A stretch of 61,941 nt of DNA from Corallochytrium limacisporum Hawaii. Lineage: Eukaryota > Protista > Pluriformea. Of the stretch, positions 53,525-61,941 are shown in pieces. The position numbers and the translations under genes were made by a program. The notes under the pieces were generated by a model. It saw nothing but the letters and a program-made list of their open reading frames with translations, did no database searches and had not been told where the DNA came from. Within the stretch, counting starts at the first letter, position 1. Each line of letters starts with the position of its first letter. Location: NCBI GenBank assembly GCA_002811645.1, contig PDIP01000104.1, positions 1-61,941 of the forward strand, read 5' to 3'.

Positions 53525-54309
53525 GATCAGTTGTTTGCGAACTCAGCCGGCTTATGTCCAGCTGCCCTAATCTCTAGTTCATCTATGTCATCGTCTCCAT
53601 TCACTTCTATCGATCCCGAGCATAGTAACGAAAAATCCGAACTAAACCAACCAAAAATACGTTTCTTTTTATCTTAAATAGCCTGTCCACGAACACTAAT
53701 AACTCCCGAAACAAAACGTACTGCAAGACAAAGATTTGCGCATATCCGCGAACGAAAAGAATCAAACCCCGGGGACAGTCCAAGGCCACCCTCGCAACAA
53801 CCCGCCCTTTTTCTCCCCTTCCCCCCCCTCCCCCAACCCCTCCCCGTTCATTTTCAATAGTACCGGAACGTAGGGAGGGAGAACGCTTCGCGCGCTTTTT
53901 TTCCGCCCATCCCTCTCACTGGGGGCCGGAGACCGCGTTGGGCGGGACGGTGGCCGGGTTCCAATATTTCGGCCACCCTCGTCACCGTCCCCCGAAGCGA
54001 TCCCTTTCCCTGCGCTGATTTGGCCTCCTAGGAAGGGGGGGGGGGTAACCGTCTGAACAGAGAGTGGCTTTTTTTCGTGGTAAGAGAGCCCCGGGGGGGG
54101 GGGGGCCACCACCGTCTTGTGGTCCCCCCGGTGTGTACCGGCCGTTGCCGAACGTGGATTGTTGTGCTTCTGATGCGGCCCGTTGCTTAGGGGGTTCTAG
54201 GCTTGGGATGCTGAGGTATGTAATGGAATATCAAGATTTCGCACTTGTCTACAGGATAATATAATACGTTCTGGCAGGAAATTCTGTAATTTAAACTTGC
54301 CCTGCAAAC

Positions 54310-55209
54310 ATGGGTAAAGAAATCAAACATGCACAGGACCTTGCGCGATGGCAGGACAGCGAGGCCTACCACAAGTTGCTGGCATTCATTGCGCATGTGA
54401 ATGAGCGGGTAGCAGGAAGGCCATACAGCCAGATCGACAAGGCTTCGCACTCCAAGGCTATTGATGACATGTGTGCGTTGCTGAACACAATGAAATCAAA
54501 AATCGACGACTTCCCACCCATAGCTCAGCCCATGCGATTTGGTAACAAAGCTTTCCGCAGCTGGCACGAGTGGCTGTTGGAATCGGCTGAAGATTTGCTG
54601 AAGAATTTGATGCCCGAAGAATTGCACGCGAACATCCCAGAGTTGAAACCGTACTTGACAGAAGGATTCGGAAACGAAACTCGGATAGACTATGGAACAG
54701 GCCACGAGCTATCTTTCATTGCCCTTCTGTGCAATCTCACCCTCCTGGGCTTCTTCGAGGATGGGGACTACGCAGCACTTATGAGCTCCGTTTTCCGGGC
54801 CTATTTGGATCTGATGCGTCACCTGCAGCGCACTTACATGTTGGAACCTGCCGGAAGTCGTGGCGTATGGGGCTTGGACGACTACCAATTTGTTCCTTTC
54901 ATATGGGGTTCTGCACAGCTACGAGGTCACGACATGATCAAGCCAGATCATTTCACAGATCCTGCTGTTGTGAAGGAAAATTACCACGACTACATGTTCC
55001 TGGAATGCATTCATTTCATTGACGAAATGAAGACGGGTCCCTTTGCGGAACACAGCCGCATCCTCTGGGACATTAGCGCAGTGCCAAATTGGAAAAAGGT
55101 TAACCAGGGACTCACGAAAATGTACAAAGAGGAAGTCCTGCACAAATTCCCTGTTGTCCAGCATTTCAACTTTAGCACACTCCTACCAATCACCCCGACT
55201 TCTAGGTAA
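54310..55209 (+). CDS. PTPA: PP2A phosphatase activator PTPA (PPP2R4/Rrd)
   Basis: RFGNKAFR, FGN.TRIDYGTGHEL, LEPAGSRGVWGLDDYQF, EVL.KFPVVQH. Confidence 0.97.
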   Translation: MGKEIKHAQDLARWQDSEAYHKLLAFIAHVNERVAGRPYSQIDKASHSKAIDDMCALLNTMKSKIDDFPPIAQPMRFGNKAFRSWHEWLLESAEDLLKNLMPEELHANIPELKPYLTEGFGNETRIDYGTGHELSFIALLCNLTLLGFFEDGDYAALMSSVFRAYLDLMRHLQRTYMLEPAGSRGVWGLDDYQFVPFIWGSAQLRGHDMIKPDHFTDPAVVKENYHDYMFLECIHFIDEMKTGPFAEHSRILWDISAVPNWKKVNQGLTKMYKEEVLHKFPVVQHFNFSTLLPITPTSR

Positions 55210-55283
55210 AGAATAGAGCAATTATGTTTCAGTAACTACGCTGTTAAACTATATACAATGTATGAGGACAACCCAACAGTTGC

Positions 55284-56288
55284 TCATTTCTCATCAAAGG
55301 TCTTTGCCTCCATGCCTTCCGGTGGTTGAGGCTTGACCTCTTTCTCTCCCACTTCTCCCCAGTTGGTGCTCAGGACAGTTCCACCGCTCTCCATGAATGA
55401 TTTATTCATAGCTCTACGGACCTCTTCGCTGCTGTCCTTGTAGATGTTTTGGAATAGACGGTTCAATGCAGCGTCACCTTCCAGCTTCTCATTCTTTTCC
55501 GCTTCTTCGACTTCCTTTTCAAGCTGGTCCCAGTTGATCTTCTTCTTTGAGCTCGAGGGATAAGTCGGTTTCAAGTCCTGTGTGGCCTTTTCAAGTGCAT
55601 CCCATCGTCCAAAACTAGCTTTGGGCATTCTTACCTCTATCTTGGTTCCGTAGATCTTGTGCGTCGACTCGGCAACATTGATCTTGGCAAACAAGTCAAC
55701 ATCATAGTTCCACTCCCGACCTTCGCCCAACTTCAGAGTAATATCGACATTTTGATCCGAGAAGTTGACAGTAAGATCGTCTGCCTTTATCTTCTTCTGA
55801 AAAATAGTAATGACAACCATTGCATCCGTTTGATACCATTCATGCTTGATCTGTGGTTTGGCTGCGTCGACCTCCATGGATGCTTCCTGGCTTGCGGGCT
55901 GGGCCGGACCTGACTTCTCTTTTTCCATTTCCATGGCCTGTCCAGCCTTCTCCTGCCACTCTTTGTAAGATTCTTTGCTCGGGTCCTCCTTTACAGCCTG
56001 AATGAAGGCATCATGAGCCTCGGCAAACTTGGATAGTTGGTACAGCGCTTTGCCCTTCCGCTCGCTCAATATGGCAGAAGAGGTTCCATAGGTGAGCGCC
56101 TTGTCCACATCAGCAACTGCCTCGGTGTAGTTTCCCAGTTTGAATTGGGCTGCACTCCGCTTGGCATAGATTTGCCCTGCTTCAGGGGCCTTCTCAGCGG
56201 CGTCGTTATATTTCTGCAGAGCCGCGGCATACTGGTCGTCAACCATCAGCTCATTGGCTGCTGCGAGATCCTCCTTCACAATATCCAT
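55284..56288 (-). CDS. SUGT1: SGT1 Hsp90 co-chaperone (TPR-CS-SGS)
   Basis: TPRs, CS domain KHEWYQT, SGS domain GDAALNRLFQ.IY...RRAMNKSFMESGGTVLSTNW. Confidence 0.97.
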   Translation of the reverse strand: MDIVKEDLAAANELMVDDQYAAALQKYNDAAEKAPEAGQIYAKRSAAQFKLGNYTEAVADVDKALTYGTSSAILSERKGKALYQLSKFAEAHDAFIQAVKEDPSKESYKEWQEKAGQAMEMEKEKSGPAQPASQEASMEVDAAKPQIKHEWYQTDAMVVITIFQKKIKADDLTVNFSDQNVDITLKLGEGREWNYDVDLFAKINVAESTHKIYGTKIEVRMPKASFGRWDALEKATQDLKPTYPSSSKKKINWDQLEKEVEEAEKNEKLEGDAALNRLFQNIYKDSSEEVRRAMNKSFMESGGTVLSTNWGEVGEKEVKPQPPEGMEAKTFDEK

Positions 56289-56461
56289 CCTTGATTCAGG
56301 CCCTTACACGTCCTTCTGTCATGCAGTGATCAAATCTTAAGGTTGGAATGTTTGTGCCCCGCTACTATTCAAGTAGCAAAGCCCCCTTTGTTGCCCTTCG
56401 TTACCTGCGTCTCGACTGCAGGCTCTCCTCGTCCCAACGCGGACAAGGGGAAAAACTTCAG

Positions 56462-56479
56462 CTCGCGAAAGTTCCAGAG
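56462..56479. promoter_or_regulatory. Candidate heat-shock element cTC-gc-GAA-ag-TTC-ca-GAg
   Basis: Four alternating nGAAn units, two perfect and two with one mismatch, about 175 bp upstream of SGT1. Confidence 0.45.
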
Positions 56480-56570
56480 ATGGCTGTACTCAAGTCGAAT
56501 GCATAGCAGCTAGTTATTCGGGGCCTATTTTCTTTCGTCTGGCCTTTGGAGGAAGGGATGGGTGCAGAAT

Positions 56571-56579
56571 GGCGCGAAA
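56571..56579 (-). promoter_or_regulatory. E2F-type site (GGCGCGAAA)
   Basis: About 180 bp upstream of the APC1 ATG. Confidence 0.5.
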
Positions 56580-56754
56580 GGCAGGGCAGAAATCGAGGCC
56601 ACGGATCCGGAGGGTCTCAAGGGTACTTGAGCCGTAGGCGCTGGCTGTTTATACGCGTGTAGAGTCTGTGTTCAAGGAATCCACGATGCGTGTCGACAAA
56701 GATATGGACTGGTAGATATGTTGCGCTGAAATATGTACGTATAGCTGGTATCCT

Positions 56755-59700
56755 ATGCGTCTGATAGACCTTCCGGGTCCGCACAGGACCGAAAGCAGTC
56801 TAGGTTGGTCCCATGATCATGTTTGGAACGGAAAGCGTTGTGTGATCGAAAACTCTGCTGGTGGGTACACTGTAATTTCAGCCGATGGAACCTCGTTGCA
56901 CGTCTGTTCCCCAGGATCGAGACCATTTTCCTTTACATATGGCGGATATCTTCGCGGTTTTTGTGAACCCACTTTCTCTGCCGACATTTCGTCTGGGTCT
57001 CAATTGATCCTTCATCATGGCAAGCGGGCAGATAAGTTGACAGCCATTGATACCGACAATTTGAGCTCAATAGAGATTGCTCTGCCTTTTCCAGTGAAGC
57101 AAATAGCCCCCTTGGGACAGTATGGAATTGTTTTGCTCCGGGAGGATCTCCCAGAATACGCGGAACAGAAGCCTGATACATCGTTCACGCTGTTTTCACT
57201 CACCAGTTGCCACGGTGAGCTGAAGCCGTTGACTATGCCCTGGATGGCAGAATTAGGCAACTTGTCACAAATGTCATTAATGGAACAACGGGGACATGCG
57301 GATAGAGCAGTCTTCGGACTAATCGCGGGCAACGAAGACAGCAGGCTGACAGGATACATCTTCGAAGTTTTCCCTGTCAGTGCATCGACTGCTCTAGCAT
57401 CACAAGCATCTTGGGAACCGTTGCATTTGCCGAACAACACCTTGGCGTCAGCCAGGCGGCTCTCGCAAATCACGAAGGCTGTTTCGGATGAAGTGCGGAG
57501 TATGTCATTCAGCGTCTACGGTGGCATCACCCCTCGAACCACCGCCGCAGAAGCGGCTCAACAGACTGCCTATGAGATTGTCTTCAATCATCGTGAGGTC
57601 GAAGCTGACTTTGCGGCTCAATTAGTGAGAAGCATTGAGAGCAAAAGCGTCAACAGTGGTGAAAATCGATCGTCTGCAGTCATTGTGTGGTCCAACCTCG
57701 AACAGGCATCGGTGGTAGGATCTGAAGACGTATTGGCCAGATACTCTGTCCTAATTGGCATGTGGGAAACCTTGTACATGTTCGAAATTGTTTCCGCGTC
57801 TGACGAAGACATGACATTTAGCAGCCAGGAGAACACACCTAGGGCCATTTCTGACATGCCCACTTCGGCACGTTCGAAGCACAGAATCAGTCAAATCATC
57901 CCAGCCAGAGCTACATGCGTTATACCCGATGTCCTTCTACCTCTCAATAACGATCGGAAGGGAACGGCCTGTAGATTGGTGCAGAGACCAAAAGAGGGAA
58001 TCATTGACGTCTACCGTGGGTCTGCAACCATTTTCAGTTTGCGCCCAAGCAAGAGACACCATAATGACGTCATGCAGGTGTACCTGAAGTCTTTGCTGTA
58101 CCTGGGTGATAACGTATACAGAGTTCCGCTTGGTACAGAATCACACCTGCTTAGTGAATTCCTGCTCGGCCTCGCGGAATATGCAACGCCAGTAGAAGTG
58201 TCTTCAGATTTCTTCTGTGCCTTCTTTGGCCAACGCTTTAGCTCTAAAAGTGAGTGGATTGGACTCTGCTTTGCGTTGGGCATGGATCCTCATAGCCTTT
58301 ACGAAGCAATGAAGCGGGATAATAGGAGCGGCCGCATCTCCAACGCCGCCCTGTTAAGGATGAGATGTGCTCTGCAGTCTGCAGCATCTGCGTCTGCACT
58401 GACCTTCGGGTCAGAAAGAAAGAGCGCGTGTGAATGGCATGGCGCGATTCCTTTAGCCTTTGCCGCGCTCGAGGCACGGGCAGGTACAGACAAGAGATAC
58501 TGCAACGATCTCGCTCTGCTGAGGTACATCCTGGAGGCATGGAAGAAAGATACACGTTCCACAGAAGCACTAGAGGCGCAGCTACGTAACATACACATCG
58601 CAGACAGACCTAAACCGCCCCTCAATGTCCACGATTTGGTTGCCAGCGACGGAAGGTGTCCTTCTAGACTGCGAATTCTGTCCAGTTCGGTTCCAATCCT
58701 GCTGCGCACAGTATTGTCAATGGATGAGGGCGAGGAGAACATTGAAGAGCTAACTAAGGCCCTTCTGGTTTCGCGCCTGGACAAAATTGCTAATAGTGGA
58801 CAGCTGGGACAAAATCGACGAACAAATCTGGGTTTGCCTCAGATAGATACAATGACACATGCATCTGCGTCCGCTGAGGCATACGGGGTTCTCCTGGACA
58901 TTGATATTCATATTGCCCGCCATTGGTGCCTTCGATTCCCCAACGATGTAAGGCTCTTTGAGTTGTACGCTCTGTTGGATTCCTCTAAGCCTGGTATCAT
59001 CCATCTTGAGGAAGGCGAGGAAGGGGAGGAAGAGAATCGCATGCTTCAGCAGCAACAGGGACAGCACGCTGCTATCCAGGCAAAGCTCCTGAGCCAGGCG
59101 ACGTATACCTTGTCTCTGTCCAGTGGCAAGGCAATGATCTTTGTGGGTACGCTGCAGGCTATCCCAAGCGAACCTCTGAAGTCGACCCCTGTATGCTTAG
59201 ACGGTCGACTCCCAGGATCACCTGTAGTTTACCCGATTGACAAGAGTCAGATCAATGACGACATTTTCCATTGGCCTGATTTTCACAATGGTGTTGCACA
59301 GGCCTTGAGACTGGCCAGGGAATCCCAGAACAATGACATTGGTAGCACATGGATTGCGTACAATCGACCCCGTCAACTCAGCAATTTCCATGCCGGCATC
59401 CTGATGGGATTAGGTCTGCACGGCTGCCTCGCACAACTAACTCCAGCCCACATGTACTCCTACCTGCGAGCGCACCAAGAGTCCACTTGTATTGCACTAC
59501 TTTTGGGACTGAGCTTCGCGAAGCGCGGTTCCGAAGATCCTACTATTATGAAGATGCTGAGCATTCATATTCCTGCACTTTTACCGCCTCTATCGAGTCC
59601 ACTGAATATCAGTCTGAATATTGAGACGGCTGCCATAGCGTCCCTGGGATTCCTGCACCTTGGTACGAGAGATGACTTTGTGGCTAGTGTTTGTCACCGG

Positions 59701-61821
59701 GAACTAATGCGCAGTGGCGATGTCTCCGACAGCGGTTCGGCCGAATCGTCATCCCGGGTCCACGGAGGTGCGCGAGCTCTGGCAGCAGGTATTGGTATTG
59801 GTCTTGTGTGCCTGGGCATGCACGGCGAGGGACTCGACGTGGATGAAAATGTGCGTGTCCTTCGGGCAAGTTCGGCGGGCCCGGGCAAGCCAGAAAGTTC
59901 TAGTGCTCGTCAGTCGTCCATCCTTCGGACTATCATTGACGAACTCACGATGCTTCTGCAAGGTGACAGCGCAGAATTGGTTCCCTGGCGCGATGCTGTG
60001 GAGTCTAATGACTTGACGGCGTCAATCAGCCCGGCAGAGCCGATGACGGTCGAGGACCCACGGCCTATGAGGTCGCACGCGGCTCCTTTTTGGGATGCTG
60101 CTCAGCAACACCAGACAATTGGACCGATGGGAAACAGCAGCGTAGATGTCAATGCCTCCCTGCCGGGTGTAATGATTGCGCTTGCGTTCATCTATTTGGG
60201 CAGCAACGATCCCGACATGGGCCGCAAACTGAAAGTTCCCGCAACAGCATTCTTGCTGGATGACGTGCGTCCAGACATGCTCCTTCTGCGTGTCCTCTGC
60301 CACAGCTTAATCATGTGGGACAATGTTGTGGCATCTACGGACTGGATTCAAGCCTGTCTGCCGGACTTGCTGAGAGAGCATATGTATCTTTTGGAAGACG
60401 GCTGTGAACCAAACAGAGTCAATACGAAACGTTCTGTGTGGCATCGGGACGAGGAGGCTCGTCTTCAGGCCCTGCTTAATTGCATCGCCGGTGCCTTCTT
60501 CGCCTTGGGACTAAAATATGCCGGAACTCAAAACGAAAAAATGGCCGGACTGGGCCGTGAGCGCATTCTACAGCTGCTCAAACGCAGAAAGAAACTGCAA
60601 CAGAAACACCCTAGTGTTGCCCATAGTATCACAACGTGCATTGTCACCATCTATTCTGCATGTTGCATGAACATGGCAGGTACTGGCGATCTTGGTTTGC
60701 TCCGTATTGGGCGCCGGCTTCAATATACTTGGCGGTCCACGGGCACGTACGGAGATCACATGGCCCTGAGCATGAGCATTGGGTTACTCAGCCTCGGTGG
60801 TGGTTTCTGGACCCTTAAGCGCACGCCATTTGCGCTGGCATGCTTGGTCATCAGTTTCTATCCGTACTGGCCAACCCGGCCAACTGACAATCGGTATCAT
60901 CTGCAGGCCCTGCGTCCATTCTGGTATTTCGCCGCCGAGGAGCGCTGCCTGCGGGCCTTTGACGTGATGACCGGTGAACCTTGCAATGCAAGCGTGCGAA
61001 TTCACTTTCGAGACGTGGACAAGGCTCGCATGGCGACCACCCTGCAGCTCCCATGCCCGATCCCGGAGATAGATCGCATACGCAGCCTGCAGGTTACCAG
61101 TCGAGAACACCTGACCTACACAATAGATGCTGCAACGGATGGCAAGCTTCTGCGGGAATTGTGCTTGAAGGGGCACATTTTTGTACAGCAAATCGGCCGG
61201 AACCATCAACTGCAGCACGATGCCACTGAAATGACGCAGTTACAAACACATACCAGCGAGATCATTCGTTCCTGGGCCTCGTTGATGAACCACACAGCCG
61301 CAAATCCGCATCTGTCGCATCACGAATTGCAGAGCATTGTCGCCACGGTCGTGGAATGGTGCCAGAGGCAACAACTACGCCATAGTACGCAGAGCATCAA
61401 CCAGATTCCTCGCCCTCAGGTCATCGAGGACGATGAAGGCATAGAACGAGTCCTCGACTGGGTAATGTTAAAATTGGAATCGATCGTCACGGCAGGAGCG
61501 CAGAGCCCCCCCAAGGTGGATGCTCTGCGTGCCTATTTGAGAGGCTCGGTCGCTGCTCAAGAGACAAGCAGCAGTAAATCACCAGCCACCGAGGTCGATT
61601 CTTTTGTGCCTCTAGCCTCTGCATTGCTCATCATGCCACAGACCGATAAACAGTCACGACTGCTGCAGATAATTCTGAACAGCCTAGAGTCCGGAGACGT
61701 TGATGGGCCGCAGGCCTTTGCCATCCTACGCCAAGCCCTACGCACCACGCAATCCGAACGTATGCGTGACATCGTGGAACCACTGCTAGAGGGAGTCTGT
61801 GGTATCAATCAAGCTGCATGA
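56755..61821 (+). CDS. ANAPC1: Anaphase-promoting complex subunit 1
   Basis: RFPNDVRL.E...LLDSS, WPDFHNGVA, WIAYNRP, HAGILMGLGL.G.L, TYGDHMA.SMSIGLL.LGGG, DNRYHLQALR. Confidence 0.95.
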   Translation: MRLIDLPGPHRTESSLGWSHDHVWNGKRCVIENSAGGYTVISADGTSLHVCSPGSRPFSFTYGGYLRGFCEPTFSADISSGSQLILHHGKRADKLTAIDTDNLSSIEIALPFPVKQIAPLGQYGIVLLREDLPEYAEQKPDTSFTLFSLTSCHGELKPLTMPWMAELGNLSQMSLMEQRGHADRAVFGLIAGNEDSRLTGYIFEVFPVSASTALASQASWEPLHLPNNTLASARRLSQITKAVSDEVRSMSFSVYGGITPRTTAAEAAQQTAYEIVFNHREVEADFAAQLVRSIESKSVNSGENRSSAVIVWSNLEQASVVGSEDVLARYSVLIGMWETLYMFEIVSASDEDMTFSSQENTPRAISDMPTSARSKHRISQIIPARATCVIPDVLLPLNNDRKGTACRLVQRPKEGIIDVYRGSATIFSLRPSKRHHNDVMQVYLKSLLYLGDNVYRVPLGTESHLLSEFLLGLAEYATPVEVSSDFFCAFFGQRFSSKSEWIGLCFALGMDPHSLYEAMKRDNRSGRISNAALLRMRCALQSAASASALTFGSERKSACEWHGAIPLAFAALEARAGTDKRYCNDLALLRYILEAWKKDTRSTEALEAQLRNIHIADRPKPPLNVHDLVASDGRCPSRLRILSSSVPILLRTVLSMDEGEENIEELTKALLVSRLDKIANSGQLGQNRRTNLGLPQIDTMTHASASAEAYGVLLDIDIHIARHWCLRFPNDVRLFELYALLDSSKPGIIHLEEGEEGEEENRMLQQQQGQHAAIQAKLLSQATYTLSLSSGKAMIFVGTLQAIPSEPLKSTPVCLDGRLPGSPVVYPIDKSQINDDIFHWPDFHNGVAQALRLARESQNNDIGSTWIAYNRPRQLSNFHAGILMGLGLHGCLAQLTPAHMYSYLRAHQESTCIALLLGLSFAKRGSEDPTIMKMLSIHIPALLPPLSSPLNISLNIETAAIASLGFLHLGTRDDFVASVCHRELMRSGDVSDSGSAESSSRVHGGARALAAGIGIGLVCLGMHGEGLDVDENVRVLRASSAGPGKPESSSARQSSILRTIIDELTMLLQGDSAELVPWRDAVESNDLTASISPAEPMTVEDPRPMRSHAAPFWDAAQQHQTIGPMGNSSVDVNASLPGVMIALAFIYLGSNDPDMGRKLKVPATAFLLDDVRPDMLLLRVLCHSLIMWDNVVASTDWIQACLPDLLREHMYLLEDGCEPNRVNTKRSVWHRDEEARLQALLNCIAGAFFALGLKYAGTQNEKMAGLGRERILQLLKRRKKLQQKHPSVAHSITTCIVTIYSACCMNMAGTGDLGLLRIGRRLQYTWRSTGTYGDHMALSMSIGLLSLGGGFWTLKRTPFALACLVISFYPYWPTRPTDNRYHLQALRPFWYFAAEERCLRAFDVMTGEPCNASVRIHFRDVDKARMATTLQLPCPIPEIDRIRSLQVTSREHLTYTIDAATDGKLLRELCLKGHIFVQQIGRNHQLQHDATEMTQLQTHTSEIIRSWASLMNHTAANPHLSHHELQSIVATVVEWCQRQQLRHSTQSINQIPRPQVIEDDEGIERVLDWVMLKLESIVTAGAQSPPKVDALRAYLRGSVAAQETSSSKSPATEVDSFVPLASALLIMPQTDKQSRLLQIILNSLESGDVDGPQAFAILRQALRTTQSERMRDIVEPLLEGVCGINQAA

Positions 61822-61941
61822 AAAGAACCGTTCGTATAGTATAGTCAATAAAGCTCGTGCAAGATGAACGAGGTCCGTCATCTCTCCACTGCCCATGATC
61901 TTGCGAGCCCCTCTCATCTAGTTCTCTCCCCCCGCCCCCCC

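Noticed and set aside
1-61941. CRISPR array, rRNA, intact transposon/retroelement or viral insert
   Set aside because: No regularly spaced repeats, and no RT, integrase, transposase, capsid or rRNA signatures were recognised.

Overview
Gene-dense, essentially intron-free eukaryotic DNA. It contains 21 intact single-exon CDSs, one decayed gene remnant, and an ORF-poor stretch at 1-8.3 kb. The gene content (Groucho/TLE with a Q domain, FBXO15-like, DALRD3, CEP295/CEP44/CEP135, mucolipin) points to a unicellular relative of animals. The lack of introns would fit an intron-poor lineage such as Corallochytrium, but that is inference only. Main observations: (1) a truncated CFAP58 (flagellar axoneme) pseudogene with two in-frame stops, an internal deletion and a possible RFX X-box just upstream; (2) three intact genes of one centriole-maturation pathway (CEP295, CEP44, CEP135) within about 22 kb, among other mitotic genes (condensin CAP-G, APC1, SGT1); (3) E2F-type sites, twice paired with a CHR element, upstream of these genes; (4) near-strict strand alternation with poly(G)/poly(C)-rich promoters; (5) several proteins with altered catalytic or pore motifs. 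I found no supportable rRNA, tRNA, CRISPR array or intact transposon. All family calls come from motif recognition by eye and were not confirmed by database search.
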